A DNA stretch of 64,000 nucleotides from Tubiluchus corallicola (Eukaryota; Animalia; Priapulida). This document shows, piece by piece, positions 41,645 through 55,070 of the stretch. Every line of letters starts with the position of its first letter. Within the stretch, counting starts at the first letter, position 1. The stretch spans positions 631,419-695,418 of the forward strand of contig JAQGDQ010000082.1 of the NCBI GenBank assembly GCA_030141605.1. The letters run 5' to 3'. A program made the position numbers and the translations under genes. A model generated the notes under the pieces. That model searched no databases and was not told the DNA's origin. It was given only the letters and a program-made list of their open reading frames with translations.

Positions 41645-44460
41645 GTAATTTGTAGTTCTTTGGGTTGTGGTAATAATTGATTGTCTCAAGAATTTTTTCA
41701 CAACAAAATTTTTTACATTTAATTGATATTTAATTGAAAATTCTTTGCCATTTCTAACCTAGAAACTGCAGTAACGGCGCTTAAAAGTTGCCTTTTAAGA
41801 AACTGCTGTTTAATTTACGCTTTGGACACACATATTGAAGTATTTTAACTATCTTTAATTGTGTTCCCTAATTATCAATATTTTATCTTTGAGACAGTCA
41901 TTATTACCATGGCTCAAATCATTTAAAACTCACCATACAAACGTTTCTCTTGATGCTGACCATAGGTTTTCAAATTGATGTGTCTGTGCCCCTCATTTGC
42001 AAATTATTAAATAGATTTTTTTTAAATAACATCAAAACATTGTAGAAATAAATTTAAAGTATCTATTGCTTGTGACTTTATTCTATTTACAGCGAAAATG
42101 CGGCGTACATTAATTTGCAGCCTATGTGTGTCAATTTGGGAGCAGCGTTTGTTGTATTTCTTGTTTCCACTAACAGCTGTTGTCTAATATACGAGTGCTG
42201 GTTTCTGTAACTTCAGGTGCTTTAGTGTCAGCCATGCATGGCGCATGCATTAAAATGTTGTTTTAGTAGTAAATATAGCTGGCAACATTTTACCACTGAT
42301 GTTTATATTTAGGGGGCTGAGGCTCAACAACTTGTGATGATGGCTGACATCTTCTGGCTGAGCAGATAGATGGCTCTGTTTGGCATGGATGGAAGACGAA
42401 GCAAAACCACTGTGACCTACCCTTCACGTCTGACTGTGCTAGATGAGGTTTTACCACCTCGGAATTAAAGATCAAACCCCCGTGTGTCGTGGGATTGGTC
42501 TTCTGGCTTCAACATTTAGTAGTTAACAGTCTGGCACAGTGGGGGTTAAAGCTTTAATGTAGTATTGTTTGTAGCTGCTGCCTGTCTATAGTTGAAAGTG
42601 GATGCATGTGAGTGAGTGCTAGGGTGTAATTGTTTTTAGATGCGTTTTTCAGGATAATAGTTTTTGTTACACATATACAATTATAAATTTCTTTTTTAAT
42701 CAAAGGATTTTTCAAAACATTGCAAATTGTATACAAGCCTTTACCGGTCGATTAATAATTTATAATCTAGAAACGGATGATTGTTTGCACAAGTTCTTTT
42801 TAGATTAAGAAGTTGAGTGATTGTTTTAAAGAGCGAAGTCTGTGGCAGACAACAACAACTTTGTATGTGAGAGCGTGTGCGTGGCTGTTGTTGTACAAAT
42901 GTGAGGATATGGCAGCAGCATAATATTTGCAAATGTCTTTTATATAGGAGTGGCAGCTAAAGTATCTAGTTTGTCTGGAAAAGAATTGATTTTTATTCAC
43001 TGATGTGGTAACGTATGGTAACCTTAGTATCTTGGTAAACAAAAAGTTGTCAGTTTTTACTACTCTTATTTCAGTCATTTGCTAGTTGTTTGCCTTGAAC
43101 CAAGTTTAGTAACTTATTTAATTATTTTTTTAAAAACAACAGAGATTTTTTCTTCTAACTTAGACTATGTTGATCATAATGTGATTACAAAAACACGATT
43201 CTAACTGCATAAAATTTTAGTTACAGATGATTTGACCGTTTATCTTTGTAAAAGTTTTTTCTTCCAGATTTTAAGGACTTTGGAAATTCAAAGGGAATGA
43301 CTTCATATAGGCAACCATTTGGTGTAACTTGGATCCACCAGCTGTTTTGTTGACTGACCAGTCTGTGCAGTCTGATGATTTTTTTGCAAAGAAACAAAAT
43401 AACTTGGCTACTAATTTCAATAATTTTCACTAGAGTTTATGTCGTTTATGCCAAAAAACAAGTCTAAATTAATAATATAAAATACACTGAATTATTGGTG
43501 GTGCCTTGGTTTTATTGTTTTTTACATTGCTTGCCTGCAATAGATAATGGTACAAATGCTACAGCACGTGTTCTTCTGTTGCAGATGCAGTGGCCTTTGA
43601 TTTAAAATTTTCATAGTTTTCAGTTGTGCATTAAACTGAAATGAAACATTTTTTAGGAGACAAGCTCGTGCTTATAGGTTGCTACTACAGTTTACAGTGT
43701 TTGAAATTAGTAGCCTAAAAATAGATCCTTAGAATATTTTGATAAATCATTACGGAAATTTTCATTTGCATTTCCACGAACATCTGATCTAGCTTCTAAA
43801 GTTAATGTCTGTTTCTTATTGCCATATCCGTGGTTATCAGCACTGCTTGGTTTAGTAATGTTCTGATGGAAACCTTAACGAAGAATTGTTCATTATCAAT
43901 CAAATTTTGCATCATTTAGTAGAAAACATTTTCCATTTTTAAAATCATATGATGCTTACCCCATGCTTTTCAATGTGAATTTGTTGCTAGGCTACTGGCT
44001 TTTTTCTTTCCCTGATAATTTATCAGAATCTTCTTAAATACAGGCAAACCAGCACTTGTATATTACCATATTGTCATGTTGAATGGCAGACATATTTGCT
44101 AAAATAGCTATGATGATACAAATTGTTTGTTACATTCGATTTAACTCTTCATTCAGTACATTTTTTGGTTGTAAATAGATTTTTTCAATTGCCATTGCTA
44201 TTACTGCAGAGTGTAAATCTTTCATGCAATGTTTTGCTGCATTTCTCAGTTTCAAGCTCCTATTTTGAAACTGCTTCAAATAAAGCAACTTTATTGCAGT
44301 TCTCTGTTGCTCTGACTAAACACTTGGGTTACATGACATAATCAAATGTTATATCTTGTACATTTAGTTAAATCGACTGTAATAAGCTGACAAATATATG
44401 TGAATTAAATTTGTTTTACGAGTATTTAATGAGATTTTTCTTTGGTTTTTTGTTCTGTAG

Positions 44461-44639
44461 CTGATGAACTCAAGAAGAGAAAAAGCAAATGGGATCAAGC
44501 AAATCCTGCCGCAGTACCTCTTCCGGGCTCAAAAAATCCACTTGTGATAGGAAATGCGGCTGGTGCAGTCGTCTCCACAACCATGGGAGGAGGAAAAACG
44601 GTGATACCAAGTGTAGGTAATCTTAGTAAAAAGAAATGA
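44461..44639 (+). CDS. SAP30BP: SAP30BP coding exon 4 (last); spliced product ~354 aa
   Basis: Phase-1 acceptor ttctgtag; KKRKSKWD motif; TGA ends at 44639. Exon lengths 256+145+485+179 = 1065 nt. Confidence 0.9.
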
Positions 44640-47119
44640 CACTTGTTGAATATGTGAGTCTTTTTTGTAACTGTAAGTTACTGTGTATTTAGTTACCACA
44701 TTGTAGAAATTAACTTGTAAACTTAGGTTTTTGTAAACTTAGTAAGGTTATAAGCTAGCTGCAAAAGACCTTGTTGCCACAAGGAAACACAAACTAGAAA
44801 ATGAAAATTTTCAGTTTCTTCATGATATACACGCATAAAAGTTGTAAAAAACTATCATTTTTGTATACGTGTGTATGCGAGCCAAAATGGCTATCAGCAT
44901 TAAAAAAGGGATGGCTGAGGAATTAGATTTTTAAATTAGTTCCACATTACATTTGCTTTTTTACCTTATTTTTAAAAGCCACATGAAATGTATTGCTTAG
45001 GTTGAAATGTGCTGGTTTAAACCTCAATTATATGAAAATTGAAGATATGATATTATTACAGTTTGTTTTATATTCAACAACTGTCATTAAAAATTTCACG
45101 TAGCACTGGCTACCATGTTTTTCATTTTATAAGGGGTGCAAGTGGTCAACAACTTGTTAGTTTTTTGACCATCAAATTTTTGTTAGTTAATTACACTTTA
45201 GTCATGCAACAGCAGTTTAACTACATGCACAAGATCTTATAGGATGTCAGTGAGAATTGTAAATAGCAAAAGAAATCATGTGATTGGAAATGAAAGTAAT
45301 GTTTATAAAAAATCTATTAACAAGAAAGATTGTAAGTAAAAAGTGTAGCTGTGCAAAGCTTTGCTAGTTAAAGTTAGGATGTGAGGAATATTTTAAGGAT
45401 ATTGTGTAAATAATTTTTCAATAAACTATGATGTTATTTTGTAATTTTCTGTTTACTATCGGTTTTTATTGAATGGTTGAAAGTGTTATTCATTTTTATA
45501 ACGCTTAATGACTATTGAAGTACGCATATTGTTATTTTTAATTAATCAAGTACAAGTGACCGTTTCAAAGATTATAAAGGTACTAACACAAGTTCAATTC
45601 TTAATGAATTCCACAATTCTTTCAACTAAAGTAAACTACAGTGGTGTAGTTTGAAATTGGATTTTTTCTGATTTTGTGGGATTTTAATTTTTATTAATTG
45701 GTGTATCAAAACACAATCAACTAAGCAAAATGTATTGTAATTTAAAATATAAAATTATTTAGTTTATTAAATCACTATAACAAAAATATTTGCCTTCGTT
45801 ATTGCTGATTATGATACAGTAGAACCTCGACTGTTCAACGTACATATACGAAAGACCAGAGCATACTTGGTAATTGTTTTTTGACCGTAACTGTCAGTGA
45901 ACAAGCTGCCTGATTTTTTTTGGTTATCACGAGTAGAATAGAACAGACCTCGTCTGTTCTTCTAAATCACAGAATGGATCCCCATTTTATAACATTTTTG
46001 TCTGAACATAAAAATTTAATAACCACATAACTTAAACTATAACTACTAATAAAATGTAAATTGCACAAACAAAAGTATGAATGTACCTGGCTGTTCAAAA
46101 CAGTCGAATATAGGAAATGGTAATAAATTTAAAGTCAAATTTAAGACTCCAAACCCTCATACGTTGATATAAAGCTGCGAGGCATGTGACTTGCACGACC
46201 AAGGAGCCAAAGAACAAAAACCAAAGTGACTTTGTCATTAATGGTATTTTGGCAGGTACACAACAAATCAAACAAATTTTTTTAGCAGCTAAAATGCTGG
46301 ATGGTACCAAGTAAGGTAATTTTTATCATAACTCCTATAATGATTGGCTTGAATGATAACAGTATAATGGTAACTGTGTACCAAAAGTGTAAGAAACGTG
46401 AAATTATATAATGAAACAAAACTTAAGTATTGTAACCAATTAGTATAAAATTAAATGTACCCTTAAAAGTAATAATTATCTCATCACGTCACACAAATTT
46501 TTATTAAATGACCATTGGCCAGGTAGTTTTTCACTTCTAAGGCAAATTTAGCTAGCAGCCATTACAGGCTAGTTCAGTTCACAGGCAGAGTTTGCTTTTA
46601 TTAGCTGATACATAAACAATTGTTTCCATGATTCCATCACTACAATGCTCATTTCAACTGTATTAACAACATACACATATTTTGAAAGTATTAAATATTG
46701 TCATTAATGGATTTAACAATTTCTTTGACGATAAATTAAAAATCATCATCATCATCTATAATGCCGCGAAATCATTCATTTCACCAGTACTTTCAATTTT
46801 TGTACTTTTCAACAGGTTCTGAAGTTGCCTCAATTAACATGTTTAATTGTACATGTATATTCAAGTTAATTACTTTTGTGGATAGCTTGGATATTGAGGT
46901 GGTTGCTACTATTAAGCCATTATTCCCAAAGTTTGGTCAATATAGATAAATAATACATGTAGGAAGAAACATCTTGGTAACAGAATTCTAGGAATGTAAG
47001 CATGGGTATGGCAATGTGGGTTAACTATGAGAACTGGATATTTTCAGTTATTAATGTGAATTACATCTACAGTTCAGTGTAGTGCTTTGTAGCAGAACTT
47101 TGCAATCTATTTCATTTTG

Positions 47120-47560
47120 TTATGAATTTGTATGTATTGAAAGAGTACAGTTGTCGTCACCATGCACAGCCGTTGGTGACATACCAACTTCTAAAGTGCT
47201 TGAAATCACATCACTATTATTTGTATCACACAAGTTATATTCGGATTTGATTTCCCACGTGTCTTCCAATGGTAAGTAATCAAACTCCATGACATTCACA
47301 TCTGGGGTTTTTGTGTATATTTTCTCACTATGTTCCAAGTCAGCGGTACTTTTTACTCCGGAATCAGCAATAGCGTCATGTTTCTCATCAGTATAAATAA
47401 GTACAGCATGCATCCTGTCATTTTCATTCTTTTCCTTGACTGCTTCCATTGTCGGAGCAACAGTTTTACTTTTCTTTCTTGGTCTACCTCTTCTTTTTGT
47501 TGCCTGTACTTGTTCAGCTGTCACAGAATTATCACACACTTTTTTCTCTCTACCTTCAAT
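47120..47560 (-). pseudogene. Intact in-frame coding tail (AT-hook plus acidic C-terminus) behind the premature TAG of the left zinc-finger copy
   Basis: After cca TAG the same frame continues IEGREKKVCDNSVTAEQVQATKRRGRPRKK...SIHTNS*, matching the C-terminus of the right copy. Confidence 0.8.
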
Positions 47561-49266
47561 CTATGGTTTTTTACTCCCTGGGCTAACTCTGCTGTTCGGT
47601 ACTAGTTCAGTCATCACAGAATTATCACACACTTTTTTCTTTCCACCTGCTTTTGTCAAAGGCTTTTTAGAGATGGTCTTAAGCGATTTTTTAGTTTTAT
47701 GGCGGTCATTAGGCTTGCTAAGCACCTTTGGTTGTTTGAGACGTTTCATCGATTTCTTTGTGTTTATGTCGTTTTTCTTACAAGTTTTATCTATTGCACA
47801 TGATTTCAATTTCACATTTTTTCGTTTCCTGACAAACTTCAGCTTAAGATCACCACTGAATCTACTGCCACTTAACTGTGATGTCCATTGACCATTATTT
47901 CGCTCTTTTGTCAACATTTTATTTGAGTGTTTGCCACATTGCTTCCGACCCTTATTCTGTAATAAAACTTTGATATTTTTTTGAAACAACAATCTTGGTG
48001 GAGGACTAGCATTCGATAGGCCACATTCAGGTAACCTCCTTGAAAGAGGCAAATAAACTTGCAAAGAAGTGTGATGTGCAGATGCCTCGGGAACACATTT
48101 ATCACTTTCCTGACTGTTCTGTAATGCAACACTTGCGGAGGAGTTACAAACAGTGGCAGAATTAACATTTAGTGTTTTTAAGGCAAAATCGTGGAGTTCA
48201 TCTTTTGTTATCACAGGAAGTGCCAAGCTATCCAAAGGTGAATAGTACTTGCTACATATTGCATCAGTCACATTCTCTAGCGCTACGGACGGAACTGATT
48301 CTGATTGCACATTGCCATTCAATAAATCTGAAACGTCAGCGACACTGTTAAGCCCATAATCATGATAACTGAAGACATTTTCCAGCTTAATATGGTTCAC
48401 TTGTGCGGGGGAAGAACATGAAATGGTACTGGGAAATGATACAGTTTTGATCGTCTCTTTGTGGCACCTCAGTTTCTGCGAGTGTCGCAGTTCATTTCTC
48501 TTTATGCCTTCAGTGGGTCCATAAGAAGGATCATATTCGTAAGAATTCTTTTTATGCCTATGGACGCACCTACCACGAGTCGGTTTTCCTGTTGGTTTTT
48601 TATAGTTCGTAGCAACACTAGTCCAAACTATATCACCTTTTTCGTCAACTGTCACTTTCTTAATGAACTTGGATTCGTACAGCGATTTTGGCGGCATAAA
48701 CATCAAAGGAGCACCATGTACACGAGTTTTCTTGCAAACAACAGTTGCTTGACCCCTGTTGTTGACAATGTTCACCTCGAAGCCTCTACTCTCACGTTTT
48801 TGTCCTGGACATCCTTTCGCAGCAGCAACAATTTCCGTCTGTCTTTCACCGTCCTTATTCTGAAAACACTGTTCATTAGGCCTAATGTCGTGGAAAACAA
48901 TGGCACCATTACCATTATAGTTTCCAGTGCATTCTTTTGAAGAAACTGCTTCAGGATCCGTTTCACTCTTAACATCGTCACAGCTGCTGCCACCATTTTC
49001 CGCTTGTCGTTCGCGCGACTTCAAAACCCGGAATGGAATATTTCCGGAGCTTGTTACATGAGTGTGTAAACTTTCCATGTGATGCCTAAGATGAGGAAAG
49101 CGTTTGAAAGCTTTTTCACAAACAAAACATTTGAAAGGTCGTCGATTCTCGTGAACTTGTACAATGTGCTTCTTCAGGTAACCCGTTTGCATAAACCTGC
49201 GAAAACATAGGTGGCACTCGAAGGGTAGCTCACCAGAATGTGTTCTTCTGTGAACTTCCATATTAT
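47561..49266 (-). CDS. C2H2 zinc-finger protein, left copy, last coding exon; stops at a premature TAG (product ~910 aa, no AT-hook)
   Basis: Acceptor ttacag; completes finger 9 and encodes fingers 10-11; mirror of 60296-62463. Confidence 0.85.
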
Positions 49267-49946
49267 CTGTAAGACATGCATAAGTAATTAGATTCATTCT
49301 GCCAAACCAAAAAAGCTTGATACCCTCTAAAGCCTAAACTAAAAAAATTACCTGCAAAGAAAAAAACGGGTTGCAGGGCGATTGATTTCAAACAAGTACA
49401 ATTCGCTGACTTTGACAAGTTTCAATTTGAAATCTAGCACACAACAGCATGATTACCTATTACTTTGATGGTTTGTGGCACTACTGGCATCTAGCTAAAT
49501 ATTAAGAATAATGCTTGAAGATCAGATTCTAAACAGACATGTTTTAGCCATGCTCAATTAGCTTGGTTATATGTAATCCTAGTTATCCCACTGCATAGAG
49601 ATAAATAGTCAGTAGCAGTATAGGCGATAAAATCACCCTAAAGCAAATATCCTAGCAGCCCCCATCTATCAAGATTTACCAAGCACGTCTATCATTACAT
49701 AACGTCAGTCTCTAGGCATGTACTGTTACACTCGTTCCTTTTATCCACATGTAAAAGCTACTGAAATTACAGATGAAGCTTTCTCAGTTAGTGAATTGCA
49801 AAGTTAAACTAAAAAATGCGCTCCCTGCTATAACAGTCTTCTAAGGTTTAACCGCTAGGTATTACTTTATTTGAATGAAATTACCCACAGTCAGAAGATT
49901 GTGATGGCCTTCTATATAAAAACAAACATAACAAACCAATACGTAC

Positions 49947-50226
49947 ACTTGGTTCGAAACGCAGCAGGGCATTGGTCACACACAAACGGCTTGTAATTCG
50001 TATGAGTACGTTTGTGTGCAAGCAGACTCTGTCGTGTTTTAAGTCTGAAGCCACATTCCTCGCACGAATATGCTCTTATGTCACTGTGTGTCACATGGTG
50101 TTTATTGAGGTCAGTCCGATTACGGAATCCTTTACCGCACTGATCGCATTTTACAGGCCAGCTGTTCGTATGAATGGCCTCATGTTTTTTCATACTGGGT
50201 CTGTCAATAAATGCATGGCCACAAAT
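49947..50226 (-). CDS. C2H2 zinc-finger protein, left copy, middle coding exon (fingers 6-9)
   Basis: ICGHAFIDRPSMKKHEAIH...CDQCPAAFRTK; acceptor tttcag, donor T|GTACGT; the fingers are completed across both introns. Confidence 0.9.
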
Positions 50227-50911
50227 CTGAAATACAATAATACATTTCTTAGAATGGAGTGCATATATGTGCTGAAAATAATTTAAATTGCTACTGACCA
50301 GCTACCCTCCCACAATGTAAATCAATAAATCATATTTAACAAATATTAAAATATAATTAATTCCAATTTCCTAAACTCTAAGGAACAATTGTCACAATTA
50401 TTGTGCAACTTTGTTACTATTTTAATCCAAATGTTCTGACTGAAAATTGTAAAGACATTTTTTAAATAGATGCTAAAAGAATCACTTTACCAATACTATA
50501 TTTACAGCTCACAAACAGGTCTGAAAACACGTTTTAGTACATGCTGATTAGCATCTAACTGCTCTACTGTTGTAAATACTTTACAAAAATCGTAAATTTT
50601 GCAGTCTTTGAGCAGAAACCTAAATTTTGAAAATACTGCAGACACAAAAACAAGACAAGTGCTCAAGTTTGTTAGTATACTGACCTAATTATATAAAAAA
50701 TAGACTAATAAAGATCTGATTTTTACCTGTCTAACTTGATGGTGGGTGAGTGTAAAGGCAAAAAGTACTGACTTGAGCAGATTTGATGAAAATATAGATT
50801 ACAGTTGTAGCACTAGCAAACAAAGTTATTTTAAGATGGCAAGGTTAGGTGGTAGACAGGACTAACCCCCAACTGCTGCATAACCAAGTTATTTAAATTG
50901 TACATGTATAC

Positions 50912-51658
50912 CTGGCACTTGAAGGGTCGTTCACCGGTATGCACTCTCTTATGAACCTGCAGAGTATATTTGCTGCGAAACAGCGTGCCACACGTAGGAC
51001 ATTCAAAGGGTTTCTCGCCACTATGTATAAACATATGCGTTTGTAGTCCAGCCTTCCTAAGAAACGTGCGTTCACAAATCTGACATCTAAACTTCTTTTC
51101 CTCATGCACTTGTTGATGCCTGTGCAGATACTGTTTGGTACTGAAAGCTTTCTTGCATAATTTGCACTTGAATTTTCCCACATTTAAGTGACTATCACAG
51201 TGCTTCCTCCAAGTACTTGGATCAGAAAAAGACCTGGGACAAATGTCACAGGCCCAAGGTTTTATGCCCAAATGAGAGTTCATGTGAAATCGAAATTGTG
51301 CAGAACTTGAAAGGTACTTCCTGCAGATGTGACACCAATGCTTCTGCACATTTGTTTCTAGTGATGTGTCCGGGTCAATTTGTTCTTCTGGGAAAACTAA
51401 CAAATCTTCAGTTGTTTGAGGTTTAATTGCTTTGCTAACTTCTTCTCGTTGCTGTAGCAAGGTTTTTAGCTTTTTGTAATTAATTTTTCGTTTAGCATGG
51501 TTCAATGTTTGCGATCTAGTTTTCTTTTGAAAAACAGCATGTTTCTTGCACTGCAATGTTAATTGTTTAGGCTGCGTCATACTGAATGCTGTGCGTCCAC
51601 ACGCATGCTCTTTCTTACATACTTGACTGTGAGTTTTTGTTTCAGTCAATTTCCTCAT
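50912..51658 (-). CDS. C2H2 zinc-finger protein, left copy, first recognisable coding exon (fingers 1-5); start codon uncertain
   Basis: Five CxxC-x12-HxxxH fingers with HSGEKP/HTGERP linkers; donor CAG|GTATAC. Confidence 0.85.
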
Positions 51659-52077
51659 CACTGTACTGCTTGGGAGGGCATTTCCATTTTACTTTGCCCC
51701 TCGATTTGTAGATTTACCTTTTCAAGTGTTGCGCACTTCATAGTGTCCTGGATAGAACATTCAGTGTGAAATAGGACACAATGGTCTCAGCACTTGTAAG
51801 ACTCATCTTAGCTGGTTCTAAAACATCGTTATCTGTTACATTATTAACAAGAGTCGTGTCGTGTTTCTGCAAGGCTTGTCAAACCAAACGTAACACCAAT
51901 GTCAAACTTCTGATCAAAATAAGTTGAACGAATTCCGAGAATTGTCTCAAATAGCAAATTTATACAATAGTCACTGCATCTCATGCGGCTTGAATACTGT
52001 CTGTATAAAATCATCTTCTAAGCTAAAAATAAACAAAAAAAATATCCGTTATAAGCAACCCAGTAAGAAACTACATG

Positions 52078-52417
52078 CAGGGCCAGATTATGATCTTTTG
52101 GGGCCCCTAGGCTAATGAAATTATGAGGGAGGCCTTCAGACAGAGCCACCCTCTAATGCACCCAACACCTGTTTTGCATATTTTTTTACTCATGATATGG
52201 TTTAGCCACATTTACATAGCTTGAGGTAAACTTATTGCAAATTATTTAAATAAACTAGAATAGCCAGCTTTTGTTTGTTAATAAATTTATTCTTTAGGAA
52301 GTGCCACTATTTTACTATTTATTCAAAGCAAGTTAGCTAATACTTCAACACAACTGTACTGAAAAAACAAACAGATTTTTTACCAAATATTACTAAAGCT
52401 TGAGGGTCCCCAAATTT
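52078..52417. mobile_element. MITE fragment (left-arm copy)
   Basis: Starts cagggccagattatga; homologous to 33-334 in opposite orientation. Confidence 0.7.
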
Positions 52418-52857
52418 GTGTATAATATATCGATCTACATTTGTAAATTAAGCAAAGTAAGAAAATGCAAATCATGCTATGAAAACTTTATGATCAAATA
52501 AATGATGGTGTAATTTTAAAATTATATTGATAAAATAAAATCACCACTCATGGATAATAATAATCAAAATTTAACTGCAATGTTCGAAGCTAATCATTAC
52601 TAATATGAATTATAAGATTTGCATGATGAATTAAATAACTTACAATCACATGAATTTTACAACAATTATCTGAGCTTCTGATCAGTCAATATCTCTTTAG
52701 GCAGCTGTTGAGATCTACAGCTGAACAGCAAAAATGGAAAAACAAAAAAAAAATTAAAGCAATTGATAAACTGTCTAATTGAACATGTAAGTGTTATATT
52801 AGTAAAATAAGAATAAAAGGTCATTTATTATTATTATATTCCCTCAATAGTTGTCTC

Positions 52858-52940
52858 TTGTGTGTGTGTGTTGTGTGTGTGCGTGTGTGTCTGTTTGTGT
52901 GTGTGTGTGTGCGCATGTGTGAGTGCGTGCGTGTGTGTGA
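52858..52940. repeat. Imperfect (GT)n microsatellite
   Basis: Direct reading; the shorter (CA)n counterpart is at 56580-56622. Confidence 0.9.
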
Positions 52941-53059
52941 GAAATGTAAACAGTGAGCCTGACACGATGTCTAGCAAAAGGATGGTCCATAGTATCACTA
53001 CGCTGTATTTCAGTGTATTGAGTTTGAGCAGTTTGCTGAATGATGTTTACTATTACTCA

Positions 53060-54060
53060 TTTTAATTTCAAAATTTAAGTCAAATTTACATTGCTGGTTA
53101 GTAATTCACATAAATTTAGTATTAGTGTATTTAGTATTAGCTAAATGACAAGCAGTTTCTTTCATCCAGTTAATGATTTTAGTGAATTCTGCATTAACAG
53201 TATGTTCAAAGTTTTAGAAATTATCGTCTGCCAGAAAGAGGTTTGTGGCATCAGCAAAATAATAATAATGTTGTACGAAAATTAGAAGCTGAAGGAAAGG
53301 AATTAAGGAAGATCATTAATGTGAATTATCAACAATAGTAATATTCAAGAGCTGATCTCTGTGGACCTGCACAGGTAATATTAATTGTCTGATTCTTTGT
53401 CATCAGGGTATATTGTTTCCTGTTTTCTATGATTCAAAAAATGGTAAGGCAAGACACCGAATACCACAGTGAGCTAGCCTTATGAATCAATATTATTGCA
53501 CTGGCGATAAACTGATAAAAAATACTGGTCACCCCAGTGTGCTACTCTCAAAAATGCTCTCAAAAGAACTCAGAGTAGATGTACTCCTCTTGCTATTAAC
53601 TTGGATCCCACTTCGATTTCTAATCTTGAGTAAAAGGTGTGAGACTGTAGACTTTATGAACTGCTTCAAAATAATGAGTGGAGACACTGTTCTGACAGAG
53701 AAAGACTTTTTTCCAGGCCTCATAGAGTTTTTCATGGTCATGTTATATGAAAAATCAAAACCTAAGTTATTTGCACAACCAGCTAGAACCAACATCAGAT
53801 TACACTTCTTTGGACATCATATAGTTCAGCCAGGGAATCATCTTTCATCACCAACCATTAGGGCATCATCAATTGACAGTTTCAGCAGGCATTTGAAAGA
53901 GGACCATTTACAGATAGTTACCATTGGTACATGAAGTATGACAAAATTTGAGCTTGTTTTATCTTGTGTCGATGAAATAAAATTAATAGCAATATAAATT
54001 TCAAGGTTTGGAATGCTCACCATCTTTAATTTACCATTTTACTTCCCTTGCACGTGTACT
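53060..54060 (-). mobile_element. Degenerate CR1/L2-like reverse-transcriptase remnant (left-arm copy)
   Basis: Minus strand gives ITCAGPQRSAL..., IIHINDLP and FADATNLF, which resemble the RT motifs GVPQGSxLGP, YINDLP and FADDT. Stops and frameshifts are present; boundaries are approximate. Confidence 0.65.
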
Positions 54061-54443
54061 TTGTTAGGATTTATTCTTTACTACCAGTAATAATGTTTAA
54101 TAATAGGAAATCTTTAGTTTCAAAGAGACTTTTGCAAATTTGTATCTTTTGTTAACATAAAAAGTTGATACTGCCTTCTTTCACATCTAACTACTGCATA
54201 TTCGTTAATCTTTAAAATAAGGGCAACGTGTAAATACCCCATAATGGCACGTTGCCTTCGCATTTGGCTTGCGTTCATTGGTTCTTTTAGTTAATTACTG
54301 TATTGAAACAGGTGTGAGAAAAAAATGATCTATATCTATAGCTTTCTCCTATAAAATGACAGCATTTCCAATAACACAGTTTCTTTAGTGTATTACAAAT
54401 TACCTAAATTAGTGTGTAGCTTAGCTATTAACACCCGGCACAA

Positions 54444-55070
54444 CAATAACGAAAAAAATATTGAAGCAACTTCATGAAAACATTCAGAGTACAACTAAAG
54501 TAACTAAAACATACAAATTTACACAAGTTACAATTTTAGTCACTAGAGTACGCTACTCCAAGAGCGTCACCTTCCGGTTAACACGTGTTGGTGGCAAGAA
54601 ATTTTTTATACAGTTTCAGTGTTAGAATTACATTAAAATTTTAATTAATTGAATTTGTTTTGTAATGTCGACCCTGATGCATGCCATAGCTTCAAAAAAC
54701 GTAAGCAAATTTTAAAGTGCAATGAGAGCGGCGCGCATAATGCCAACTATATAGACTAATGTCACTAAACTATTCAAAGACATCAATGCCACAATACTGT
54801 CAATAGTATGTGTAGGGCGCCGAGTAACCCACTAGCCGAAGTAGGACACTTCCGATAAAACGCATGTGCTAAATATGCGGAAAAGCAGTGTCGTACATGG
54901 GCAGCCCAAGTTCCGACGTTAATTAAAAATTCTAAACTTTCATATAAATTCGACCATATTATAACTTTTTTTTTCGTAAATTTGTGCAAAAATAAAGTGA
55001 TAACAACAACTGTCACATTATTATACTGATTACGTGATAGACTCTATACTCACGATGTAAAGTGCTTGAC
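54444..55070. promoter_or_regulatory. Unique palindrome spacer; candidate shared bidirectional promoter
   Basis: The only unpaired DNA between two divergently oriented gene copies. It is locally CpG-richer, with ETS-like cttccgg (54571) and cacttccg (54847) and cacgtg (54582). Confidence 0.5.

Larger units (their letters stand above)
45584..54443. repeat. Left arm of a large inverted duplication (outer end undefined because the partner arm leaves the window)
   Basis: Reverse complement of 55071-64000; position 64000 pairs with 45584; the ORF track shows mirrored ORFs. Confidence 0.97.

Noticed and set aside
47540-47580. Frameshift in the left zinc-finger copy, suggested by the split ORFs 47561-49297 and 47120-47539
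   Set aside because: Both ORFs are in the same frame (offset 24 nt). The break is an in-frame TAG plus a net 24-nt deletion.
47082-48996. Antisense and alternate-frame ORFs (e.g. 47436-47891 +, 48461-48940 +, and mirrors 60622-61101, 61671-62147)
   Set aside because: They are shadows of the zinc-finger exon with no independent motif.
52862-53065. Cys/Val-rich ORF
   Set aside because: It is the translation of a (GT)n microsatellite.
53482-53934. 150-aa ORF on the + strand
   Set aside because: It is antisense to a decayed LINE RT and is not preserved in the other arm.
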